A stretch of 64,000 nucleotides of DNA from Spirochaetia bacterium (GCA_965199955.1 CBDATQ010000002.1:512001-576000); one strand, 5' to 3'; shown: positions 9,305 to 19,639, counted from the first letter of the stretch. Made by a program: numbers and translations. Notes: a model not told the origin generated them from the letters alone.

Positions 9305-10100
9305 ACCATCGATGTGGCCGCGCCGCGGTTGGCCGGCTTCTGGAACAGGATCTGCTGGCGCGGGGTGAGCGGAACCGAGTCAGGCGGCGGCACGCGGCGC
9401 GCCGACCAGGCGATGTGGGACTGGCAGTACTTGTAGATGAGGGTGCGGCGCCGGTGGCTGCCCTTCCAGGGCGCGGTGCCGTGTGTCAGCGCCTCGGAGA
9501 ACAGGACCACCGACCCCGCCGGCGCCTCGGGAATCACCACGCCGGGCGCCAGGTCGTCCCCGTCCATCATCTCCCAGTGTCCGTGCGTCAACGCGGAAAC
9601 CGGGTTGGGGCGGACGAAGTTGCTCTTGTGGCTTCCCGGAACACAACAGAAGCCGCCGTACGCCGGCCCGTGTCCACCAGGTTCCACGACACGACGGTGA
9701 AGTCGTTCTGAATCAAGCCGTCGCGCACGTGGTAGGACTCGCCCGGCGAGTACGGCGCGTTGCCGCCGTGGAGCTGGCCGAAGTCCATGCCGGCGTCCAT
9801 GTTGATGCCGAACAGGCGGTCGATCCGGAACCAGTCGCCGAGCGTGGTCTGCAACAGCGGCATGATCCCGGAGTGGTCGAGCAGATCACAGAACGGTGTG
9901 CCCCATTCGAGAAATCCCGCCAGCGGCGGCACTTTGCCCGGAGCTATCCCGAAGCGGATCTCCTCCCGTGGCGGCGGCAGGCGCTGGGCGTCGATGAGCC
10001 GGTTCATTTCGTCGAGCTCGCCCTGGCCCAGGACGCCGGGAATCACCAGGAACCCCGCCAGGTCGAACAGGTAGCGCTGCATCTCCAGATCGCGGTCCAT
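9298..10100 (-). pseudogene. Phytanoyl-CoA dioxygenase (PhyH) family protein, frameshifted near 9665
   Basis: YLFDLAGFLVI...LHGG...VSWNLVDTG lies in one frame; PAYGGFCCVPGSHKSN...EALTHGT...RRTLIYKY lies in another. One base is missing at GGC(C)CG. Confidence 0.85.
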
Positions 10101-10140
10101 CGATCCCCTCCGCCCGCCGGCTACGCGGTCGCCGAGCCCG

Positions 10141-11232
10141 CTATCGTGAGTCGGATGCCGTTCCGGTGTCGCCTGCGTCGATTCCGAACCCGGCCGCCGC
10201 GGTGACGAAGCGGTCCCAGATGTCGCGCGCGATCGGGACGCCGTGCCGCTGGCGGTGGGCGCGGGCGCGCGCCTCGGCCAGCCCCGGGTAGAGCACCCGG
10301 TCGTTGCCGGCGGCGGGTGCGCTCTCGCGGATCGAGGCGAGCAGCGCGTCGTTGCCGTTCAGCACTCCCGAGAGCGGCTGGAACAGGTCGGCGCGCAGCA
10401 GCACAAAGGTCACCCCCTGGTGGCTCATGAGCGGCACGCCTTCATCCGGCACCGCGTACGCGTCGGCGCCGGTGAACGATCTGCCGAGCAGCTCCACCGC
10501 CAGCATGATCGCGAACCCCTTGTGACCGCCTGCCTCGCCGCCGAAGGGCAGGTACGCGCCGCCGGCGAAGAAGTCGTCGGGATCGGTGGTGGGGCGCCCG
10601 GCGGAGTCGACGATGCTGGCCGGCGGCAGCCGCTCGCCGCGCGCCTGCGCGTTGGCCACCTTGACCCCGGACAGGGCGGTGGTGGCGAAGTCGATGACCA
10701 CCGGCGCCTCGCGGCCGGCGGGGAAGCCCATGCAGAACGGATTGGTGTCCAGCAGCCGGTCGCGGCCTCCGAACGGTGCGGCGCGCGCGCCGGTGACCGC
10801 GAATCCTCCTGCGCAGATCAGCGAGATCAGTCCCTCCGCGGCGGCCAGCTCCGCGTAATGGCCCAGCCGGCCGATGTGGTTGGCGCGCACCAGAGCGCCG
10901 ACGGCCACGCCAGCCTCGCGCGCCAGCGGGATCGCTTCGCGGGTCAGATACTCGGCGGCGACCTGGCCGAAGCAGATCTCCCCGGACACCAGCAGGCGGC
11001 CGGCCTCACGCTCCAGCACGCGCGGCTCGGCTCCGGGCACCAGCTCGCCCCGCTCGATCTCACCCAGGTACTTGGGGGTGTGGAAGATGCCATGCGTGTG
11101 CACGCCGGCAAGCTCGGCGCCGACCAGGTGCGTCGCCAGCGTGTCGGCGGCCTGCGCGGGGGTGCCGACCGCGGAAGCGACGTGCGTCACCAGCCGGTGC
11201 AGTGCGTCGGGCTGAACGACGACGGTTTCCAT
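10141..11232 (-). CDS. Ldh_2 family (type 2 malate/L-lactate dehydrogenase-like) oxidoreductase
   Basis: GVHTHG, NHIGRLG, DTNP, DFATT, GGHKGF and LYPG motifs. Confidence 0.9.
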   Translation of the reverse strand: METVVVQPDALHRLVTHVASAVGTPAQAADTLATHLVGAELAGVHTHGIFHTPKYLGEIERGELVPGAEPRVLEREAGRLLVSGEICFGQVAAEYLTREAIPLAREAGVAVGALVRANHIGRLGHYAELAAAEGLISLICAGGFAVTGARAAPFGGRDRLLDTNPFCMGFPAGREAPVVIDFATTALSGVKVANAQARGERLPPASIVDSAGRPTTDPDDFFAGGAYLPFGGEAGGHKGFAIMLAVELLGRSFTGADAYAVPDEGVPLMSHQGVTFVLLRADLFQPLSGVLNGNDALLASIRESAPAAGNDRVLYPGLAEARARAHRQRHGVPIARDIWDRFVTAAAGFGIDAGDTGTASDSR

Positions 11233-11490
11233 GTGGCTCGGCGGGTATCCTATCAGACCCCCCGGGTGCTGGGGTGGGGCACTACCCGGTCGACGGACCG
11301 CGGCGGGGTTCCTGCACCCCTTGCACGATTTCGCCGTTCGGTGGCCTCCGGCGGCGAGTCGTCGGTGCCAGTTGCATCCACGGTCGCGGTAGGCGAGTTG
11401 GGTGTCGGCTGGGTCCGGTCCGTCGGTCCCGTGCGACAAGAACGTCGCGTGTTTGTTGTGCGTGTCCTGTTGCTTCGTTCAAGACAGAGC

Positions 11491-11635
11491 TCACGCCGCT
11501 GGGCGCATGTCGTTGACCTCCACGTTGAAGCCGAGCCGCTGCAGCCGCATCACGTGATGGTGTTTTAGGTGGTCCACCCCGCTGACGATCGTAGAAGTCT
11601 TCGCCCAGGTCGTCGTAGGTGATCTGATGCTTGAT
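11491..11635 (-). mobile_element. Remnant of an IS110-family transposase C-terminus
   Basis: IKHQITYDDLGEDFYDRQR / VDHLKHHHVMRLQRLGFNVEV...PAA* resembles the YxDLGxDYF...RLxxLGY tail of one IS110 group. Frameshift at a G4 run (11577-11580). Confidence 0.65.
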
Positions 11636-11960
11636 TTAAACGGCTTGCACGGGAGCTGGCGGCGACGGAGGAGGCTGAGTAGGCACCTGCGAAGTTTGCC
11701 GTTCGTCCGAGGCGCGGGCCGGCGCCTCGGTGAGCGCAGGTAATTGATCGGCCGCGCCGGCAGCGCGGACCGCTGTCCAGCTTCATCCGCCCAGATCCGG
11801 GACTCGGTCACTTTCCGGCCGGAGTCGGGAAGCTCTGCGGGAAGCCTGAGAAGCCGGCCGGGGCGACTGCCGCCTCGGCCTGGGACCAGTGGGATTGTTC
11901 CTGACGGACCGCCGGGAACAGTGTCAGGGTGCAGGCATCAGCCGGTGCGGCGCGCTTAGT

Positions 11961-13952
11961 CCGAAGTTCCAGAGCGTGAATCTCTCGTAACTTCATTGAC
12001 AGAAATTAGTTGCAAGGTGATCTGCGTGCTGATTGGCGTCGTTTCGTGTCCATGTAGATGGTGGTGAATAGCGGCGAGATACATGCTATTTGATCTTGAC
12101 ATATCGTGATTTGTGTGCATGCTGTTGCCACAGATCGGTAGTCATGTACATCGAGTCTGTCCCCAACCGCTCCTCTCCCCCTGCCATCCTGCTCCGCGAG
12201 TCCTACCGCGAGCACGGCAAGGTCAAGAAGCGCACGCTCGCGAACCTCTCCAAATGGCCCCCTGATCTGGTCGACGGCTTGCGCACCCTGCTCAAGGGCG
12301 GCCACGCCTTCGCCTCGGTCTCGGATGCGTTGCTGCTCACGCGCTCGCTGCCCCACGGCCACGTCGCCGCCGTGCTGGGCATCCTCAAGCAGCTCGGACT
12401 CCATACCCTCATCGCCCGCAAGGCCAGCCGCTCGCGCGAGCTGATCATCGCCATGATCACCGCCCGCGTCATCGACGCGCAGTCCAAACTGGCCACCGCC
12501 CGCGCGCTCTCACCGCCCAGCGCCGTGTCCACCCTGGGCGAGTCGCTGCGGTTGGGGGAGGTCGATGAGAACGAGCTCTACGAGGCGATGGACTGGTTGG
12601 TCGGGCGCCAGGCGGCGATCGAGGACCGCCTGGCCGAACAGCACCTCAGCGAGCACACGCTGGTGCTCTACGACGTGAGCTCGACCTACTTCGAGGGCAG
12701 CCACTGCGAGCTGGCGCAGTTGGGACACAGCCGTGACGGCAAGTCGGGCACGCTGCAGATCGTGTTCGGGCTGCTGTGCACCCAGGAAGGCTGTCCGGTG
12801 GCGGTGGAGGTATTCCCTGGCTCTACCGCCGACCCGAAGACGGTGAGCGCGCAGGTGGACAAGATCCGCACCCGCTTCGGGCTCACGCGGGTGGTGCTGG
12901 TCGGCGACCGCGGGATGCTGAGCGCGGCGAGGATCCGCGAGGACCTGCAAGAGGTGGAGGGGCTGCGCTGGATCACCACGCTGCGCGCGCCGACGATCCG
13001 CAAGCTGGTGGCCGCCGGCGAGGTGGCGCCGTCGTTGTTCGACGAGCGCGACCTGGCCGAGATCACCAGCGAGGAGTTTCCGGGCGAGCGGCTGATCGTG
13101 TGCCGCAACCCGTTGCTGGCCGACGAACGGGAGCGCAAGCGCCAGGAGCTGCTACAGGCCACCGAGCAGAAGCTGGCCCCGATCGCTCAGGCCACCCAGC
13201 GCGTCCATCAGCCGCTACGGGGCGAGGCCGAGATCGGCATGCGGGTCGGCAAGGTGATCAATCACTACAAGGTGGGCAAGCACTTCGTGACCGAGATCAC
13301 CTCCGAGTCGTTCAGCTTTCGGCGCGATGAGGCCAAGATCGACGCCGAGCAGGCGCTGGACGGGCTGTACATCGTGCGCAGCAACGTGGAGCCGCAGGTG
13401 CTCGACGCGGCGCAGACGGTGCGCGCCTACAAGGGGCTGTCGAAGGTGGAGCGGGCGTTTCGGTGCATGAAGTCCGTGGACCTGAAGGTGCGCCCGATTC
13501 ACCACCGGCGCGCGGATCGAGTGCGGGCGCACGTGCTGCTGTGCATGCTGGCCTACTACGTGGAGTGGCACATGCGGCGCTCGTTGGCGCCGTTGCTGTT
13601 CGACGATCACGATCGACAGGGCGCCGAGCGCAAGCGGGTCTCCGAAGTGGCTCCGGCGCAGCGATCGGCGGCCGCGGCGGCCAAGGCGTCGAGCAAGCGC
13701 ACCGAGGACGGGTTGCCGGTGCACAGCTTTCGGACGCTGATCACTGAACTGGGCACGCTGACGGCGAACACGATGCAGGTTGCAGAGGGCGGCAGCACGT
13801 TCACGCTGCACACGCACCCGACGCCGGTTCAGCAGCGCTGTTTCGAGCTGCTTGGGGTCACGCCCCGCATGTAGCCATGCACAGGAACCTGCACCATTGA
13901 GAAACTACCCTGACCACAAGGACTTCAGGCAATTTCGCTCCTGGAACTTCGG
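11961..13952 (+). mobile_element. IS1634-family insertion sequence
   Basis: Perfect 12-bp terminal IRs CCGAAGTTCCAG (11961-11972) and CTGGAACTTCGG (13941-13952); 6-bp direct repeat CTTAGT at 11955-11960 and 13953-13958; encloses a transposase. Confidence 0.93.
12144..13874 (+). CDS. IS1634-family DDE transposase
   Basis: MYIESVPNRSSPPAILLRESYRE N-terminus; LYDVSSTYFEG, VGDRGM, VERAFR and RVRAHVLLCMLAYY motifs. Confidence 0.93.
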   Translation: MYIESVPNRSSPPAILLRESYREHGKVKKRTLANLSKWPPDLVDGLRTLLKGGHAFASVSDALLLTRSLPHGHVAAVLGILKQLGLHTLIARKASRSRELIIAMITARVIDAQSKLATARALSPPSAVSTLGESLRLGEVDENELYEAMDWLVGRQAAIEDRLAEQHLSEHTLVLYDVSSTYFEGSHCELAQLGHSRDGKSGTLQIVFGLLCTQEGCPVAVEVFPGSTADPKTVSAQVDKIRTRFGLTRVVLVGDRGMLSAARIREDLQEVEGLRWITTLRAPTIRKLVAAGEVAPSLFDERDLAEITSEEFPGERLIVCRNPLLADERERKRQELLQATEQKLAPIAQATQRVHQPLRGEAEIGMRVGKVINHYKVGKHFVTEITSESFSFRRDEAKIDAEQALDGLYIVRSNVEPQVLDAAQTVRAYKGLSKVERAFRCMKSVDLKVRPIHHRRADRVRAHVLLCMLAYYVEWHMRRSLAPLLFDDHDRQGAERKRVSEVAPAQRSAAAAAKASSKRTEDGLPVHSFRTLITELGTLTANTMQVAEGGSTFTLHTHPTPVQQRCFELLGVTPRM

Positions 13953-14122
13953 CTTAGTCGATGCAGCCCTGCCAGCCGGCGAACCCGGCGTCGTGCAGTC
14001 CGCACCCGGCGATCTGGACGATGGGGTGCAGGAATACCCCGACGGTCGGTTCGTGGGCGGCGATGCGCTAACCTATCACGGCGTTCGGGCCGGCACGGCG
14101 GCCCCGCGTCCTGGGAGGAGCG

Positions 14123-15601
14123 ATGTCTTTCGATCAGATCACGGCGGCCGAGCCGATCGTGACGGCCGAGCCGTTGCTGCTGGACGACCGGCAGATGCGG
14201 GAATTCGTCACGCGCGGCTACCTGACGTTTCGTCTCGACCTTCCGGAGGCCTTCCACCGCCGGGTCCGGGAGCGCGCCCTGGGGGACATCCGCCGCTGCG
14301 AGGAGGCCGGCATCCGTTCGCCGCTCAACAACGCGTTGCCGCGCATACCCGAGCTGCGGCGGGTGTTCGACCATCCCCGCGTCGCCGGGGCGCTCACCAG
14401 CATCCTCGGCGCCGGCTACTACCTGCACCTGCACCGCCACGTGCACGACAACCGGCCCGGCAGCGACGCGCAGACCATCCACCAGGACAGCCTGTACAAC
14501 AGCCGTTTCGCCGTGGACGGCAACCGCCGCCACCACCACTGCCGCTGGGCGATGGCCTTCTACTACCCGCAGGACACGGCGCTCGACATGGGCCCGAGCG
14601 CGGTGGCGCCGTGCTCGCAGTACCTGACCGAGGGAGCGGGGCTGGACGCCGAGCAGGCGCTCGAGGGGCCGGCCGGGACGGTCACGATCGTCCACTACGA
14701 CCTGTTCCACCGCGGCCTGGCCAACCGGAGCGGCGACACGCGGCTGATGATCAAGTTCCTGTTCGCGCGCATGGAGGAGCCGGTGCGGCCGAGCTGGAAC
14801 GCGGCGCAGGCGGCGTGGCCGGAGGAGCCGGGCTCAGATGCCCGCGACCGGCAGCGGGTGTGGCGCCATCATTGGCGGTGGTTCCGCGGCGAGTCCGCCG
14901 CCAACGGTGACGCGGCAACGACGGCGGACGTGCGTGCCCTGGAGCGTGACCTGGACCACGCGGACGAGTGGCGTGGCTTGGCCGCCGCCTACGGGCTGGG
15001 CGCCGCCGGCGCTGCCGGTGCTCCCGCCCTGCTGGCGGCGCTCACCGGAAGCGATCCGGTCGCGCGGCGGCGCGCCGCGTACGGGTTTGGGCCGCTCGGC
15101 GGGGCCGGCGTCGGCGGGCTGACGGAGGCCGCCGGGCATGACGACGCCGAGGTGCGCGCCCGTGCGGTGGATGTGCTGGGTGACGCGGGGCGAGCCGCCG
15201 GCGTCGCGGTGCCGGCGCTCGGCGCGCGCCTCCGCGACGAGTCGTCCGACGTGCGCGCGCTGGCCGCCGATGCGCTGGGAATCGCCGGACAGGGCAGCAC
15301 CGCGGGTGGGGAGGCGGCCGCCGGCCGTGCCGCCGGGGAGCTCACCACGGCCATGGAGGATGCAGACGCGGTCGTGCGGCGCAACGCCGCGCTGTCGCTG
15401 GCCCGCCTGGGACCCGCGGCGGCGGGCGCGGTGCCGGCGCTCGAGCGGGCCCTGGACGAGGAGGACCACTACGTGCGCGGCTATGCCGTGCAGGCGCTGC
15501 GCCGCGTCGCAACGCCGGGCGCCACGGCCGCGCTGCTGCACCACCTGGAGACCGCCCGCTGGGACCCGCGACAGGACGCCCTGGGCGCCGGCGCCGCGTG
15601 A
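14123..15601 (+). CDS. PhyH-family dioxygenase fused to HEAT repeats
   Basis: GGAGG SD; IHQDS (HxD), FYYPQDT and HYDLFHRG motifs; C-terminal repeats of the VRxxAAxALG type. Confidence 0.85.
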   Translation: MSFDQITAAEPIVTAEPLLLDDRQMREFVTRGYLTFRLDLPEAFHRRVRERALGDIRRCEEAGIRSPLNNALPRIPELRRVFDHPRVAGALTSILGAGYYLHLHRHVHDNRPGSDAQTIHQDSLYNSRFAVDGNRRHHHCRWAMAFYYPQDTALDMGPSAVAPCSQYLTEGAGLDAEQALEGPAGTVTIVHYDLFHRGLANRSGDTRLMIKFLFARMEEPVRPSWNAAQAAWPEEPGSDARDRQRVWRHHWRWFRGESAANGDAATTADVRALERDLDHADEWRGLAAAYGLGAAGAAGAPALLAALTGSDPVARRRAAYGFGPLGGAGVGGLTEAAGHDDAEVRARAVDVLGDAGRAAGVAVPALGARLRDESSDVRALAADALGIAGQGSTAGGEAAAGRAAGELTTAMEDADAVVRRNAALSLARLGPAAAGAVPALERALDEEDHYVRGYAVQALRRVATPGATAALLHHLETARWDPRQDALGAGAA

Positions 15602-16553
15602 ACGCCGTCTGAGGAGCCGCGCGCCCGGGCGGCCGGATCTCTCGCACCACATCGTCACCAACCGGCGCGTTCGGCCGGACGGCAGAGTGGATGCGTGGCA
15701 TCCGCGGCCGGACCCCGCGGGCGCGATCCGTCACGCAATGGTCCCGTTCGCGGCGCTGGGCCGCGGTGACCACCGGCCGGTGCCGCTGCAGGTCGACGTT
15801 CTGTGCGCGGCGGTCCGCGCGGATCTGCGGCGGCAGGGTGACGAGCACCGCGACGTGCTGTTCTTCATCCACGGACACCGGCTGTGGCTGCCGGGGCTGC
15901 GGCTGGGACTGCTGCGCGAGCTCCACGACCGCTACGTCGCCGGACCGCGGGGGCCGGTGGGGGTGGTCGTCTTCTTCTCCTGGCCGGACCGCGGCTGGCC
16001 GTGGTCGGAGGATGACGAGGCGTACGCGTACGGAGGCGCCTTCTTCGCGCGGGGGGCCGGCCTGCTGGCGGCGCTGAGCGATGCCGCCGGCGGCCGGATG
16101 CACCTGCTGGTGCAGTCGTTCGGCCATCACCTGCTGGCCGGCATGGTCGCCCGGGCGGTCGCGGAGGGGCACGATCGGCCTCCGTTCCGGAGCTGCCTGC
16201 TGGCCGGCGCCGAAGTCCCGCAGGCGTCGATCGGCTCCGGCGGTGTCACCCTGACCAGCCGCGGCGATGCCGGCCGGAGCTACCGGTTCGACCAGTTGCA
16301 CCGTCTCGCGGAGCGGACGGTCGTCTACTACGACCCGCGCGACCGGATCCTTCCCGCCGCACGGACGCTGATGATGAACCGCTACCCGCGCCTGGGGCGG
16401 CTTGGCTGCGCCGGGCTGGAGGTTCCCGACCACATCACCTGTCAGGACGTGAGCGAGGCCGGCGACCTGCCGCGCTGGCCGCTGGCACGCCACCGCGCCT
16501 TCATCACCTCGCAGTCGGTCGCGGAGATGATGGCGGCTCAGATCCGCGGCTGA
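15598..16553 (+). CDS. Alpha/beta hydrolase (DUF900-like); start uncertain
   Basis: IVTNR, VLFFIHG, FFSWP, HLLVQSFG, VYYDPRD and RLGRLG motifs. No in-frame ATG/GTG between the upstream gene end and IVTNR. Confidence 0.65.
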
Positions 16554-17593
16554 GCGGCGCGCTCCTGCCACGCCCGGTGGCGGGCGTAGCTGTGCCGGAA
16601 CTCGCGGGTGGCCGCGAACGCGGGTGGCAGAGGGCGGCCGCCCGGCAGGCTGAGCCACAGGCGCAGCATCAGCCGGCCGGCGCCGCCGCCGGCATCCGCG
16701 AAGGCGGAGCGGGCGTGCAGGACGTCGTAATTGTTGGCGACGAGCACGTCGCCCGGATGCATCGCGAACTCGAGGGCCAGCTCGTCGCAGGCCGCGTCCA
16801 GCAGGTCGAGCGCCGCCCGCTGCTCGGAGGTGAGCGGCGGCACCTCCGCGAAGCGCTGCGCGGAGTCGATGTACTGCCGCTTGTAGAGCGTGCAGAGCCG
16901 TTCCCGGTGGAAGTTGAAGATGGGTACCGTCTGAACCCGTGGGGCGCCGGCGGCCTGCTGGCCGCGCAGGTCGAAGTGGAACGGCTGCTGCAGGACCACG
17001 GCCAGATCGGGAGCTTCGCGCACGATGCGGTTGAAGGCGGCGACGCTGGAGACGATGCGGCTGCGTCCGCCGCGCGCGGCCGTGCGCACGCACAGCAGCA
17101 TGAAGACGTCGGCGCCGTCGTTGTGGAAGGTCAGGTCGCGGCTGGTCTGGAAGTAGCGGACGTCGCCGTCGCCGATGTCGCGGCCGGTGTCCTGCACGCG
17201 GTGCAGGAGCAGCCCGTCGCGGTCCTGCGGCTCGGCGGCGCCGAGGTGCGTGCCCAGCCCCCAGAGCAGCAGCTCCAGCTCCCGGTCGGTGTGCTCCGCG
17301 ACCGGGAAGCCGCGCAGCAGCACGACGCCCCGCCCCCCTTCCAGGCGTCCGGCGATGTCGTCGCAGAGCCCGGCCACGGTCGGCAGCGGGAAGTCGCGGC
17401 GCGTCACGGCGAACGGCATGTCTCCGTCCGTCGCCCGGCGCGCGGCGGCTCCGGCCGCGGCCAGCTCCGCTGCCTGCGCGGGCGACAACTCGATCACCCA
17501 GTCGTCGCTCCCGGCCAGCGCGGCTCCGTCCCACGCCGCCGGCGCAGGCAGGGGCTCGCGCAGGAACTCCTCGCCCCGATCCGCTTCGCTCAT
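16538..17593 (-). CDS. TauD/TfdA family Fe(II)/2-oxoglutarate dioxygenase
   Basis: GRGVVLLRG, FHND, LLCVR, NNYDVLHAR and RLMLRLWL motifs. Confidence 0.9.
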   Translation of the reverse strand: MSEADRGEEFLREPLPAPAAWDGAALAGSDDWVIELSPAQAAELAAAGAAARRATDGDMPFAVTRRDFPLPTVAGLCDDIAGRLEGGRGVVLLRGFPVAEHTDRELELLLWGLGTHLGAAEPQDRDGLLLHRVQDTGRDIGDGDVRYFQTSRDLTFHNDGADVFMLLCVRTAARGGRSRIVSSVAAFNRIVREAPDLAVVLQQPFHFDLRGQQAAGAPRVQTVPIFNFHRERLCTLYKRQYIDSAQRFAEVPPLTSEQRAALDLLDAACDELALEFAMHPGDVLVANNYDVLHARSAFADAGGGAGRLMLRLWLSLPGGRPLPPAFAATREFRHSYARHRAWQERAAQPRI

Positions 17594-19287
17594 CACCTTC
17601 TCCTCGCCTTCGTCGTCTCCAGCACCAGCACCCAGTCCTGGATGATCGGCGGGCGCGGCGGCTGCCAGCGGCCTCCGCCATCCGGCGCGGCCGTCCCCGC
17701 GTCGTGATCGCTGCCGCGGCGCGGGTCGAACCACGACGCCCGGTAGCGGGCCCCTGGCTCGATCCCGCAGACCGTGACGATACAGCGGGTGGGGACGAAG
17801 ATCACGCGCACCTCGCCCGGGATCCCGGCGGCCAGGGGCTTGAGGGTGGACGCGAGCGGGTCGTAGTAGTGCCCGCCGGCCCACGTGATCCACTCGGCAT
17901 GCGGCAGGAACCGCCACCAGCGATAGCGTTCCAGCAGCCGCTTGCCGAGCCCCACCTGGGCGGAGCCCGGGAACCCCATCGCTACGTCCCACGGATCGTC
18001 GTCGAACGCGTCGCCGAACACCCGCGGGTCGTGGCCGAACGGCTCCTCGCGGGTGTTCACCTGCCAGATGCCGCTGGCCCCGTAGGTGTGGCCGGCGGCG
18101 CCGCGGAGCATCGATCCCCAGAACAGCAGGCGCTGCACGTTCTCCCAGTTCCAGCCGCCTTCGCCTTCGTAGCAGCCTTCGCCGAGCAGCCGCGGCAGGC
18201 GGGGGCAGGCGTCCAGGCGGGCATCGAGCTCCTGCATGACCCGCGCTGCCGTGATCACGTCATGCAGGCCGCACTGCGCCATGTCCAGGTCGAGCAGCGA
18301 CGCGTCCTCCACCAGGTCGAGCGACCAGCTTCCGGAGCTGGGATGGATGGAGACGGGGCGGCGGTACGGATCTGTGGAGCGAACGTAACGGGTGATGGAC
18401 GTCCACTCGGCGCGCGCCGTGCGCTGGTGCTCGAGCAGCCGCTTCGAGGACGGTTCGGCGGGAGCCATCCGGGCGCGGTGCAGGTCGCCCCACAGCTCCG
18501 AGGTGTAGAACGGCATGAGCGCCTCGCCAGCGATGCACCACACCACCGGCCAGGCGCCGTAGCGGGCGATTATGGTGCGCCAGTGCCGGCGCAGCACCTC
18601 GGCGCCGGCGAACTGCATGAAGTAGCCCCAGGAGCCGACGATGGCGGGCACCATGCCCAGCTCGACCACGTGCTCGATGCGCCGGTCGGCGGCGTCGAAC
18701 CAGGCGGAATTGAGCGCCGCGAAGTCCTGGCTCCAGGGAAAGCCGGCCTCGTTGGCGCCGCGCGGGTCGAACGGCGGCATGTCCGGGTAGAGGCCGGCGA
18801 CCAGCAGCGCGACGGAGAAGCCCTTGCCGGCGCGATCGGCGGCCAGCCGCTGGAAGTCCTCGGGCCAGCGCAGGCGCTGCACGAGCCCCATCCACCAGGT
18901 GTCGGCCAGCCACAGGAACGGCGTCCCGTCGGCGTGCTGAAGGTGCCGGGCACCGGGCTCCGCGCGCCGCAGCGGCCCATGCCGGTAGAGCGGGTTGGCC
19001 TCATCGCGAGCCGGCTCGACCTCGATCACGCCGGTGCGGCCGTGCAGCGCCGGGTCGCCCGGGTCCGAGCAGCGGGTGACGAACCGGTGCCGGCCGACCG
19101 CCGGCGAGGCGTAGCGTACGCCCCAACGCCCCTCGCCGGCCTGGAACGCCGGTATGGTCAGCTCCCGGCCGTCGGGACCGGTGACCAGGACATCCAGCTC
19201 GACATCGGACGCATCCGAGCCTGAATGGTCGGAGGTGTACTCCCAGGAGCACACCCGGTTCTGCGTGATATGGAGACGCTGGTTCAT
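17593..19287 (-). CDS. DUF5060/DUF4038 (apiosidase-like glycoside hydrolase) protein
   Basis: DGTPFLWLADTWW, IIARYGA, IAGE, GEGCYE, GHTYGA, WFDPR and DWVLVL motifs. Confidence 0.85.
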   Translation of the reverse strand: MNQRLHITQNRVCSWEYTSDHSGSDASDVELDVLVTGPDGRELTIPAFQAGEGRWGVRYASPAVGRHRFVTRCSDPGDPALHGRTGVIEVEPARDEANPLYRHGPLRRAEPGARHLQHADGTPFLWLADTWWMGLVQRLRWPEDFQRLAADRAGKGFSVALLVAGLYPDMPPFDPRGANEAGFPWSQDFAALNSAWFDAADRRIEHVVELGMVPAIVGSWGYFMQFAGAEVLRRHWRTIIARYGAWPVVWCIAGEALMPFYTSELWGDLHRARMAPAEPSSKRLLEHQRTARAEWTSITRYVRSTDPYRRPVSIHPSSGSWSLDLVEDASLLDLDMAQCGLHDVITAARVMQELDARLDACPRLPRLLGEGCYEGEGGWNWENVQRLLFWGSMLRGAAGHTYGASGIWQVNTREEPFGHDPRVFGDAFDDDPWDVAMGFPGSAQVGLGKRLLERYRWWRFLPHAEWITWAGGHYYDPLASTLKPLAAGIPGEVRVIFVPTRCIVTVCGIEPGARYRASWFDPRRGSDHDAGTAAPDGGGRWQPPRPPIIQDWVLVLETTKARRR

Positions 19288-19288
19288 G

Positions 19289-19630
19289 TCAGCGGCGCCC
19301 GCGACCGTCGTCCGGCCCATCGTCGGGGGGAAGGGTGACGAGCACGTCGACGCAATCTGGCTGGCGGCCGATCTCGACCACGCGGTTGACCCTGATCCCG
19401 CCGCAACGGCTGCAGCGGTGCACGAGCTGCGGCCGTCGGCCGCTGCGGCGCAGTCCGACCGGCCGCATCAGCCCGCCACAGCGGCTGCGGCGGTCACCGG
19501 GCTCCAGGTCGACGTGCAGGGAATACAGGCAGAACGGGCAGTGGTTGCGATAGCTGCCGTCGGTGGACGGCTGCACGTCGACGCCGCAGCGCAGGCATTG
19601 GAAGGGAGTGTTCTCCGTTCTGCGGCTCAT
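19289..19630 (-). CDS. RNHCP domain-containing protein
   Basis: FQCLRCG...YRNHCPFCLYSLHVD...PGDR...CGGLM...HRCSRCG. Confidence 0.92.
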   Translation of the reverse strand: MSRRTENTPFQCLRCGVDVQPSTDGSYRNHCPFCLYSLHVDLEPGDRRSRCGGLMRPVGLRRSGRRPQLVHRCSRCGGIRVNRVVEIGRQPDCVDVLVTLPPDDGPDDGRGRR

Positions 19631-19639
19631 CGCAGCCGA

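Noticed and set aside
11640..11954. Gene disrupted by the IS1634 element
   Set aside because: Rejoining the flanks at CTTAGT gave no convincing ORF in the frames examined.
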